Source of the DNA: Acanthaster planci
Taxonomy: Eukaryota
Assembly: GCF_001949145.1 (NCBI RefSeq)
Contig: NW_019091360.1
Coordinates: 3,639,816-3,703,815 of the forward strand
Direction of reading: 5' to 3'
Length of the DNA: 64,000 nucleotides
Part shown: positions 28,601-40,600 of the stretch, piece after piece
How positions within the stretch are numbered: position 1 is the first letter of the stretch
Layout of the letters: each line of letters opens with the position of its first letter
Notes under the pieces: generated by a model
Database searches by the model: none
Seen by the model: the letters and a program-made list of their open reading frames with translations, nothing else
Told to the model about the DNA's origin: nothing
Program-made: the position numbers and the translations under genes

Positions 28601-31600
28601 ACAAAACAATTTTTACAAATACATTTTTAGAAACCTTAAACTTGAATGCAATGGCAAAACATCACAGAAACAGCAAACCGTAGTATCACAAGAGGGTGCT
28701 CTTCAGTTAGACAAGAGAGGTAGCTATTCAACATGGCAACGAAACATTCGGCAGTAAATTTTGCTATACCGAACAACCGCTGTACTGAACATTTAGCGTG
28801 GACCCTGTTGTGTTCATTATAGGGGCGTTCCCTTGTAAAAGATTTTTCATTATATCACAGCAAATTAAATTTGTGCTGTAGTGAAGGAGCTATTTCTCGT
28901 GGGCAATGTAGCAAGCAAATTAGGGGATATTTTGGTCAAAAACTCTTCAGTTTCTCTGCAGTGCTACAGTTTTTAATTTGGGAATGGATATGTCTAATTT
29001 CACCGCTCTAACATCATTTGGCAAAAGGTATATGTGCACATTTGCTTTAACCTCTCACTTAACCGCTACTAACAGCCAAAAAACAACCATTTGCCTTCAA
29101 CACTTTCAGAGAAACCATCTGAAATTACTCCGGTCACTGAAGAGATCACAGAGGCTCCCAAGTTTGTTGAAGACATGGTTGACATGGAGATCATCCGCGG
29201 TCACCCTGTCCAGTTTGACGTCCAGGTCAGCGGCATTCCCATGCCCACCCTGACTTGGTTTCGAGATCGGAAGGAGATCCAACCAAACGAGCACTTTGCC
29301 ATCGAGTTCAACGAAGAGGAAGGTTTCGGTTCCCTCATCATCCAAGAGGTCTTGAGTGATGACGATGCGGAGTACACCTGCAAGGCCACCAATAAGGCTG
29401 GCCAGGCAATCTCTAAGGCTGATCTCTTCTTGCAGCCCGCTCACAAGAAGGAACCAGATGAACACCCTCCCCTGTTTATCACACCCCTGAAACCAATGAG
29501 TTGCATCGAGGGTGATTGCGTCAACTTCGTCTGTAAGGTCTTCGGCTCTCCTGAACCGGATATAACTTGGTACAGGAACGATGTCGAGATCAAGCTCAGC
29601 CCTAAGGTCTCTATGGATTACGACGAGTCTGGTGTTTGTACCCTCTTGATCAGAAATGTAGTCATGGAGGATGTCGGCACCTATTCCTGTAAGGCTGTGA
29701 ACATCGCTGGCGAGATGTCCACTAAAGGGGAACTCGTTGTAGAAGGTAAATCAGCAATATTCATCCTTAAGAACCATATTAACTCCCTGTGTTTCACTGT
29801 TGCTTCTCTGAGTGACGATGACTGTTAAGCTAGCTGCATGCTGCCTTGCTTTGAAACTCTGGTGTGAGGTTGACTTACAGCACAATCTATGGGTGTTTCA
29901 GCAGTGTGACCTAAGCTGTTGTTTTCCTGTCAAATATTTTGTGGTTGTGCTTCATAGTAGTAGAGCTAGAATTCTGTTGTTATAATTTTTTTTATCTGAG
30001 TTTGCATCCTTGAGACCTAATTTCGGAAATTTCTGGATGATGTTATGTACAGCTACTGCCTGTGAATCGCTCACAGAGCGGTTTTTCAATTTTGGCTCAT
30101 GAACTGTTTGTATTGGACATAGTCCAGGTTTTCTTGGGAGCAGGTCTCACTTTTAATAATTCTAAATTTCCTCTCCGAAAGCTCATTATTTTCTTTAACC
30201 TTGAATGTGAATAGTTTTTGAAGGCTTGTGTTAATAACAGTGATTCTGTTTCTATGTAAAGAGGTGGAGGCATGGAGCTTTATTTTCTACTGTTTATTTT
30301 ATTTTCATATTTGTGTTGCAATGTGAAAAAAATTCTTTTTTAACTTCTATCGCACTGTTAGATATAATAACTGAAGTATGCTTACTTTTAATACTGTGTG
30401 TAGTATTTCTGGATTTGCCCTTTTTATATTACTAACTTAATGTTAGAAATTTTTTTTTAGCATTAATGATAGTAATAAACTTTTGGTAAATACTGATTTG
30501 ATATTACTTTGGTTTCTTTTGTGTGCTTGCATTTTTAACACTAGGCTATAATTTTCTGCTCTTACCAAGGAATTAAATCACTGAAATGTTGGCAAAAACA
30601 TGTTGGGAATAAAGTCATTTTCAGTTTATACATGCTATGGTGTTGCATGCTTTAATAGTTTTTCAGTGTTTAATCTTCATTTTGATGCATGTGCATGCTT
30701 GTAAATAACCAGGAGTGCACCAAGCAGTGTATTCACACATAGATGCTGTCCTTTTCTCGTGAAATTATTGTCTTATAAAGAAGGAAGTGTCATTTCAATT
30801 TGGATAAAAATGCTTAAGAAAGAGATGTCATTTTGAAATGGTAATTATCATTTCCAGTTGCGTGAAGATATATTCTTTGAATTTGAAGTGTGTTTTGAAT
30901 TTGCATGTAACAGAGTTGAGCTTGTGGATAAGAAAAGATAACAAGTTTAGCACTAACCATCGTTTACCATTTTTACCCTTGTCCTGAGATTGATTTTCTT
31001 TTCTCTGTTTACCTCCAACCCTTTTTTACCCTTGCCTGTTCCTCTCTCCTACTCTGTTCCTTCATCTCCAGGTGATGTCTTGTATATTGACAGGGTTGAT
31101 CCCGATAACAGTTACATGTTGGTGTATTTGTGATGGATCCTACCTGACCCCTTAGCATGATTTTTGCGTGGTGTGGTCAAACCTTAGAATTCTTTGAAAA
31201 TAAAAAAACCTGCAAAACATATATATTTTGAGGAATAAGTTTCAAGTTTTATAGACTCGTAGATTTTTAAATACAAATATTTTTGGTATCCTGGTTACAG
31301 GTAGAGTTCCTGGAACAGGTAGAGTTCCTTTTGTTTAAACAACGTAGAAAATTTCAGATGCCAAATGCTGTATCAGCAGTTTGTTGGAAGAAAATTACTA
31401 ATTTTCTGCACATTGTTAATTAAATGAGGCTGTGGAAAGAGTTTATAAAGCAGCATTCATGAATACCTCAGACAGTTTGCCTATTCAACAACGCGCAACT
31501 TGACTGTGTATTAACATTTGATAATGCCCGCTGAGAAGTGATAATGCCCGCTGTGTAAATCATGCACTGTCACCTGGATACAGTACAGTTTTATCGATTC

Positions 31601-34600
31601 TGATTGGTCAAAAGTATGTGTGCACACGGCTCGCCACTCGCACGCCCGGTCCATTTAAGGAGATTCTTTTGGACAACTTGCACAAGGAATATACAATAAA
31701 ATAGATAGGGGTGTTTGGGAAAATGAAAGTAAAATTCTAAAACAGAATTGTTGGAAATCCGTCATAACTTCTTTTGACTCTTTGACTGAAAAGGTATTTA
31801 TGAATGGGAACAAATATTGCTTAATACCAGTCCAGGAGACTGAACGCTGATAATGCCCTTGCCTGCAGCTCGGGCAATAGTCGCATCCATTCTTCTGAGC
31901 CAGTCTTAAACGCTCATTTAAGACCACTCAAGCACGTATTTATTACCGTATTAAAGGTACAGATACCCAGATATATATGGCACTCATCAACTTTCCCTAT
32001 GTAATCTGAAATGATAAATGTGAGAAACATTGAATGACATTCAGATTAGGTATAGTTAGCTTGCATTTTAAACATTTCTGCATCTTAAATGGATGCTAGC
32101 CATATTGATTTTAATCAGTTGACAGCATTTCCACTTTTGAATAATTGAAGTATGCATCAGCATTTGATATCCCGACGTATGCCAGTTGCTTTTACTGAAA
32201 GGGCTTCTATTTGTTTTTACTTGAACTTGGTGACAGTACACTCTACATGCATGTATGAGAATTAAGAAACAAATATACCATGAAAGTGTAGTTAGCTACA
32301 TGTGTGTGTGCAAGCACTGTAAAATCATTAACATTGTAACCACAGAAATATCACTGTTAATCTTAATTATCAGAAGTTAGCTCAAGGAATCATGATAGAT
32401 ATATGTCTGCATAAAGAAAATGGTGTAAGAAATAAATTGGTTGTGGAACTAGTTATGGTGTAGGCTGAGTGATGATTTGCTGAAAACTTGTGCAGATTTC
32501 TTTGATTCTTTTTTTAATATATGCATTACTGAATGCTGCAAAGGTTTTCTTCATAAGAGCAAAGAATAGGAAGGAACATTTAGAGTATGTGTCAGGATGT
32601 TCCTTTTAAGAATAGAAATGATGTTTGATCAAGCAGAAATGAAGACCTTTGAACAAGAAACAACTACACAGATTATAGTCTAGGATATATATTATTATAT
32701 TCTCAGTTACCCGCCGAAGCACATAATCATGAGTACTCAATATATCATACAAGTATGTGCGACTTAGTTTATACTTTCATATTAGTGGAATTGTAGTCAA
32801 TATTCAGCTATTGAACAGACATTACTTTAGTTTCACTTTAGGTACAAAATATATATGGTATGCGGGTTGTTTTATATGGAAATATAGCAATATTTGGCAT
32901 GTAGCGATTGCATTGTATATGTTTAAAATTTCAGCCTTCCAAGTTGAGTGCTGTTGAATTATTTTTATGCCTTGAATATTTGTATAAATTTTTTGTATGA
33001 TAATGCACATTCCAAATAATCACATATAATAAATTTGAATTCAATATTGATATTGTACCGTACATGAAATATGTTAATTAAAGCATGAATGGTTAAGCGG
33101 ATCCTGATTTTTCCAATTTGAAATGCTTGACAATGTTGTTTGTTCCGAAGGAAAAACGTGAATGGTGATGCAGAGTAGTTGGTATATTTTGCTCACAATT
33201 TTATGGCTTGTTTCAAATTAAACAACAACCGTTTTGCATCACTGTTCATGAGTTAAAATTTTCGTTTTTGATTTGCATGGAATGTCAAACGTCAGTCAGC
33301 TTCTGTTTTGTTGCCTTTTTGTGTTTAGTTTAGCTTCTATTTCGGGATTTTGAGACCAATTGACCTCATTTTGTACAGCTTGTTACTAGCTATTTTCCTC
33401 TATCGAATAACCTAAGCATGGCACCAGTATGGACTGTGTCAAATGTTATGTGGAAGCTGTCACCCTTTGTGAGTATCTTTAGTGATTTCTTTGTAATAAC
33501 TGCAGCGGAGTTTGTAACTGCATGATCATGATAACATCACATTGTACTGGAGTCATTCTAACCCCATCTGCATGATTTTGGGTGGATTCGGAATGACCCT
33601 TTGTGAAATCAAACCTTTGCATCTTTTTCAAGGAAAAAAATGCTTATGCAAGAAAAAGTTGAAAGTTTTGCATAACTGATTTTGCAATGACCCAATTTTT
33701 GGTACCACCTTGGATTCACTTGTCATTTTATTTACAGTTTAGTTGAAAGGGCACCTCTTGGGCCAACTGTTCTGTATTAATATTCTGGTTACAGGTTTTC
33801 TTTTAAATTGAAACTCATCAGAAAAATTTCTTACCTTTGCTCTTGGTTTTGACTTGTTGCTTGCAAATCCTGACCATCTTGACCATCTTGCTAGTGTGGA
33901 ATATAAGATTAGGTTATCATCTCAGATAGTCATCAAAAATATTCTGGTGTTGAAGGAGATTTTCTAGCCTTTTTTTGTGCACGATGGTTCTGAGTTTAAC
34001 ATTTATTGTCATCCCATGAAATTTGAAATTCAGGGGTACAGATCGAGGTGGGTTTTTAATGAACGATTGGTTCTGTCATTGCTGCAGTTTGCCAGTGTTC
34101 AGTCACTGTTTATGGTTTGCTGTGTAAATGATGTGGCACATTTGCACTACCTTCCTTTCCTGGTCCACTTGTCATGCTTTTCACTTTTATTTCAGTATCT
34201 TGATAATGTCATCAGTTTTCATGAGACAGAATATAGAGGATGTAGTTTCTCATGTAGTGATATAGACTGTGGTTTTACATTTCTAGGAAAACAAATTTGC
34301 AGAAATGCATCACATCATTTGAGTTCTAATCTAGGATGAATTTTACTGATAACTGACACATTGAAGAAAAACAAGCAGATCTCAAAACTGTGGAAACTGT
34401 TGAAGGAGATTTATTTAACTGTTTTGTGGTTAAGCTGATGGGTTTCAGTGTTCAATCTAATCTCAGAACTCAGTGTTTAACAGCTCAATTCATTTCACGA
34501 GTTTAACCTCTCAAAGCATACTCACCGTTTAGTAATTTGCTTGCAACATTGTAAGACCTGTCTTTATAAACACATTGAATACTCTGTTAAAAACCCTCTG

Positions 34601-37600
34601 TCTAACTTTCTTCCCTGTCCCTTATGACATCAGTCCCGGCCAGCATCCTGGAGGGCCCCGAAAGCCTAACCGTCAGACGAGGTGTACCTGCCAAATTCAC
34701 CTGCAAAATGGGCGGTGTGCCCAAGCCTAAGATCCGCTGGACGCACAACGACAAGACTGTCAAGCACACCAAACGGGTGTACACGGAGAGGACAGAGTCC
34801 AGAACAACGCTGGTCATCACAGAGACCGAGCCGGAGGATCATGGGAGGTACAACGTGGCCGTGGAGAACTCTGCAGGCACTGACGAGAGATATGTTACCC
34901 TGACAGTGATAGGTAATTCAAGCCATCCAAATTTCAATCACGTGACTCTTTCGCTGTTTCACATGCCATAACACTTCAGTAGTTGCATTGCAGTGGTAAG
35001 GAGCATTGGCTAAGTGAAATACACCATTGTTATTTCAATAAAATCAAAGAGGACACCCATGCCTTTTTCTCTGATATGTGACATGTACATCACTTGAAAC
35101 TGAAACACGCATGCAGAGAAAAGCCACTAAAGCTGTTCTAAAGATTTTTATCTCATCTCTGATAAACAGTGACTTAGAAGCCTATAACATTATAGGAAAT
35201 ATATATACAAGTTGTCGCATGAATACAAAAATATGTTGAACCATTTCAAAGTAGTTAATTTTCAAATGTCTTTTTGTCTTGATCTTGACCCACAGACGTT
35301 CCAGACTTGCCGAGCAAACCTAAAGCCACTGATATCTCTGAGACTTCAATCACCTTGACCTGGACCAAGCCTCTCTATGAGGGAGGGTTGTTCATCACTG
35401 GCTACATAGTGGAGTTAATGGAGGTCGGCAAGCACACCTGGATAACGGTAGAAAGTGAGATACAGACAACCACCTACACGGCCGTTGAGCTGACGCCAGG
35501 AACTGAATACCTGTTCCGGGTGATGGCTGTCAATGATGAGGGAATGAGCAAGCCTAGCACATCTGAGGTCATCATCACACTTGAAAAAGGTTGGTTTCCT
35601 TCACAGTGGAAGAGGTTTACTTGAGGTTCATGTTCATTCCTAATTAGACTAAAAGGTAGTAGATTAAAGTCAACGGAAAGAGAAAATTTAGATTGATATT
35701 GATAACATAATAGTGTTTTATTAAAGGTTTACAGACTTTTGATAAAGGACAACAAATTATTTTAATTTTTCTGTTGTGAGCCCCTAAATACCTGCCATTT
35801 CTTTGATCATGTTAAAACGTGTATATTTGCCAAATTTCAGACACTAGATTCCCATCAATTGTGTAGTCAGTCATGTTGTCCTTGAGCAAATTGAGACTTT
35901 TGAGGTTCACCTTGAAAACAGCAAAAGTGTTGAAATAGCATCTATGTCACTGAATTTGTTACAGATACTAAACCCAAACCAAAGGAGGAGGCTAGACCTG
36001 ACCAGCCTCTGGCTAAGACTGCAGAGCTGTTCCCCACCGAAGGTACGCTAAGCCTGGCTGATTTTCTGGAATGGGATGTTGTTGCATTTCTGGCAATTTT
36101 TGTTTCTGTCAGCTACGTGTTTTTATTTTTGTTGTTTTGAGACACTTTGCATGTTGAAAATCTCATTGCATTGGCAACATACTGAGAAACATTTCTGTTT
36201 ACTTGTCAAAACTTCAGATGTAATAAAATGAACGTTCACAGTTTCTTCTCGTTCAATCCATGTTTGCAGTTTGACATTTGAATCAAAAGCTATGATGAAT
36301 TCCTAGTTGAACAATTTTGGAAGTAATTCTGTGAATTTTGCTTTTTGTCTGGTAAGAAAATTCTCCATGTAAATACAGTTGGTTTCTCAGTGTGCAAAGT
36401 GAACACAACCTTGAGCTTTATGAGTCTTAAAGTTTTATGTTCTACTAACATTGAAATATTTGTTTTAGTTTAGTGCTTTCTAACAGATAAAGTCATTAGG
36501 CAATAAACTTATACATGATCATCATTATTCAAATGTCTATTCAGATGTACATTTAGTAAATGTTCTGAATTCGTTGTAATGATTGGTCCAAACTAAAAAG
36601 AGCAATATTCATTCCAAGAATTTTTTTATTACCACGGACTGATATTAATATCGTACAATATTTTTGAGAAGAAATCATTACTTTGCATCTTAAATTTTTA
36701 AAATGTAAATAGTAGAATTTTTATAGCCACTTAAAAGTTATATTTAATCCCTTTTGATCAAAATTGTAACTCAAATATTTATGGTTCAAATTATTTGCCA
36801 TCTCAAATTTCTTGAATAATTTCTTTCTCCAATATGATTCCAAGAAATGTTACCCTCATTTGAATGTTTTACTAACAGAGCTATGAAAAGCACATTTATT
36901 TGCTATTAATTGTGCATGAACTTATAATTGTATGAAGTTGAATTGTTTTTGTGAACTTTTATTTTTAAATAAGAAGCTACGGTTTGGTTATTGGCTATTG
37001 TTCGTTAGTCGCAGCTTATTACATCAAATGTATACAATTAAAAGTATGGATTTTTTTTAAAGATAAGTTTCCTTCTAAACATCAGGAACACTCAGGTTAA
37101 CTTGACTATCTGCATTAATTATATTGTCAGCACAGCTTGATTTTAGTTTAGTTTTGTTTGCATTTGCTGCTAGAGTTTTTGCAAAGAATGTATCGTCTTC
37201 ATTAGTTCAAGCTGATAGAAAACATAAAATTTCGCCTTAATTCAATGCACAAATTTTCTTTATATGAATATTATTACAGATGAATTGACTGTTAAGTTTT
37301 ATTTCTTAATTTTAAAGGGGGATTGCCGCTTTCAGTATAAATTTGCCATATTGAACAGCAGGGTTGGGCCTGCATTTATTTGAAACAAATAGATAAAAGA
37401 CTGATGTATATTGGAATCAAAATATCTTATTTGAATAATATTCCAGACTTCTGTGAAATCTCAGTTTGTACATTTATCAGTAAAGAATACAAAGTAAAGC
37501 TTCTTTTCTTTCCAACTGTTCACCTCTTTGTAATGTAAACCAGTACAATGTTAATTTACAGTATTCTTTTTTATACTGAAACTTAGCTAATATTTGATCA

Positions 37601-40600
37601 TAAGAAAATAAGAGATCATTAGGGCTTCAGTGGCAGCCAGAGAAATCCCACTCAAAACAGTTTGGAACAATTCATTTAATTCGAAAGAAACCTGAGCAAA
37701 TACTCCATTGCAAGGCTCTCTGAATACATAATACATGAGAAGGAACATTGTCGCATGGTCGGGATTTAAGATGCTACATCTCTCATCTCTTAGAGATCCC
37801 TTTACACTTTGCAAAATTATGTGAACAGATTCACAGTGACTCTTAAGAAGTTTAATAGTAACTGAATATTTGTCAGTGACAGAGCAAGAAACTAGGGCCA
37901 AAATATATGCAGTTTGTAGTATCCCAGTCCATGGTGTCAAATGTGTTTTTGTCATAAGTGTAATTTGTATGCCATTGCCCACTGTTTGTAGTCTTTGTTT
38001 TGTCCTTCACACTTGATTGTGCATGGGACCACTGAATGAGATGTAATTGGAGCACTTTGTGACTGGGAATTACGTAAACAGTGTATTTTACATTTAGCTA
38101 ACACTTGTCGTAATGTCCAAGTAACCATGTATTCTGAGCTTGGGTTGCAATATATGCATTTTGAAGTTAACAAGTTTGCCTTGTTTCTTTTGTTTGTTTG
38201 TCCTTTTGTGTGCAGAATACTTTAATTGTAATTATGTTGTTAGCATGAGCACCTGAAATATTAACATATCCTTACCTTTTGAAGTGTGAATTTTTTCAAC
38301 TATTTAGGATCAGTACCTTGATCAACTTGTTACAGGCAATGAAAAATATGATAGATTTAGTGAGTTTTTTGCATGTGAGTCAGAGAATTAAGATGGAACA
38401 TCTGCAAGAAAATATCTCACATCGTAATAAACTTGGAGAATTTTTATTTAGATAAACATGCAAATAAACGTGCAGATCATTCCTATACGGGTGATGCACA
38501 ATAGTTTGCCTCCAAGAGTTTGCAATACAGTGGCTAATTATGATGTGTGAAATCTGTTGACCCAATGCCCGTTTGGAAAGGGTCAACAGATTTTGCACAT
38601 TGTGATTGCCAACACGTTGCATGCTATTGAAGGTACTCTGTTGTGAATTGTCCCTATTGTGGGTGGTGGGTTATGAAAGAGTTTGGGGAGCCAAGGGGGT
38701 CTTTGGGAATGTGGAAAGGAATTTTGAAATTTATTCATCAAAGTATAAGCCAAAGTGGATCAGGCAGGGGTTTGACACTAACTTTTACTGGGATTATCTG
38801 TAGACTCCTCAAGCAGTTCACACAACAGTAGCCAGTTTCCAGTTTCTTTATTCCCTTATTCCGGCAATTCCAATATGAAAAAAATAGGATGTCACTAGGT
38901 GACAGACAACACAAGACCGGAATTCATGAACATTTTCCACAGTTAACATCTAAATTCAGAACGAAAACGACAATTCCATTAACTACGGGTAAGTGAAGAG
39001 CTTAAAGCTCCCTGAATCACATCCCACCTGTGTTTTTCTACCATTTTAGAATTGGGTTCTTTCATTCTCCCACTCTTGGTTCCATCAACCATTCTAATTA
39101 ATGGTGTAACACTGTGCCAGAAATTGAGGGGATTACATCCAGCAAGAAATGAGACCGAGGGGTACCCCCAACATGTCCAATCGCTATACACACTATAGAC
39201 CATTGTTACCTAACATGTCCCCCTCAGTGCCCGAAAAGAATTCCTCAGATTCCAGTGAAACAATGACCAAAACAAAGCAGGGGGCTCCTCTCCGTCTCAT
39301 ATCTTGCTTCATATGGGGGATGGGGAAAGGTGGGGTGATGACTTGCATAGCCATGAGAATGTTATATTTATATACATCTATACTGTGCATTCAGAATGGC
39401 ACATTTATGGCTTTTTAAAATTGTTTTCCCTGATTCAAGTGATACTGAATGCATTTTAGTTGTCAGAAGTCAGGAAAATTCTCACAATCTGCTTTAATTT
39501 TTTGGTCACCACAAAATGTGGGGCAATGATCCATAGCCCCCACTTAAAAAAAGGGGGGGATATAGTCCCATCCCAGGGATTCTCACCCATGATTCCAATG
39601 ACCAAATCAAATGTATTTCCTTGATTTCGAATCATCTGTACGTTCATTATTGTAATCCTTTCACAGAAGCTGAGGTTACTGTTGAGGTCATGGAAAGTGA
39701 GAGATCTGTGGACATTGAGATAGAAGGCACAGCCCCTACAGAGGCGGTTTCCTTTGAAATATCAAGTGGAGAGGTCTCAGTGGAAGGCCTACCAACTGAG
39801 GATAAAGCAGTTGTGATCCGTGCACTTCCATCTCAGCCTGCACCCAAAGAAAAGGAAGAGAGACTCCTGTCTGTAACAGAGGAGGAATTCGAAATAGCCA
39901 CTACTGTCAAAGTAGCTCCCTCTGAAGAACTTGAAGCTGAAGAACTTGAGGTGTTCGAGGAATCCCAGCCAGTTCCGGATCAGAAACCGGGCACAGAAGC
40001 TGTGACAGTTGAAGTTGGCAAGATGCCATCTGTTATCAGAGTTGACTCTGTCGAGAGAGTACCTCTTCCAGTCAGGGAGCGCATGGAGTCGTACCCAGAA
40101 GAAGAGCTGTCTGAGGCATCTGTCATCAAATTAGTTCCTGAGAGAGAGGAAGAAGCAGAAGTCCTGCCTGAAGAGGAACTAGACCAAGCAGCAGCAGAAA
40201 AGATTAAAGAAGTTCCTGCTGATAAGGCCGTGAAGAAGATTGTCCAACCAAAAGAAGCACCAGAAGAAGTTTCCTTGATTCAACCCAGGAAGCCCCTGGA
40301 ATCAATGACGGAAGAAGAGCTTCAAGAGGCTGTTACTGTTGAGCTTGCTCCCAGGGATGAGTACGAGGCTGAGAAGATAACACCTGAACAACCTGCAAAG
40401 CTACGTCCACAGAAATCAGTTGAAGAGGTAGTGCCTTTGGATCAGGTTGAAAAACAGAAAGCCTCTGTCATTAGAGGTCCAGCTGAGATGACAGCAGCCC
40501 CCTCTATCCCAACTGTCGAGAGGCTAGGATCTGTCTCAGAGGAAGAACTTGCTGAGGCAACAACAAAGCAGTATATCCCCGATGACATTGAGGAGGCAGC

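Noticed and set aside
38170..38260. Strong-looking acceptor (tgtgtgcag, 38215) with short in-phase frame EYFNCNYVVSMST*
   Set aside because: AT-rich intron-like composition, no clear nearby poly(A) signal; indistinguishable from chance
39500..39600. G/C-run segment, and similar one at 59250-59300, resembling short interspersed repeat remnants
   Set aside because: Too short and degenerate to define termini or family
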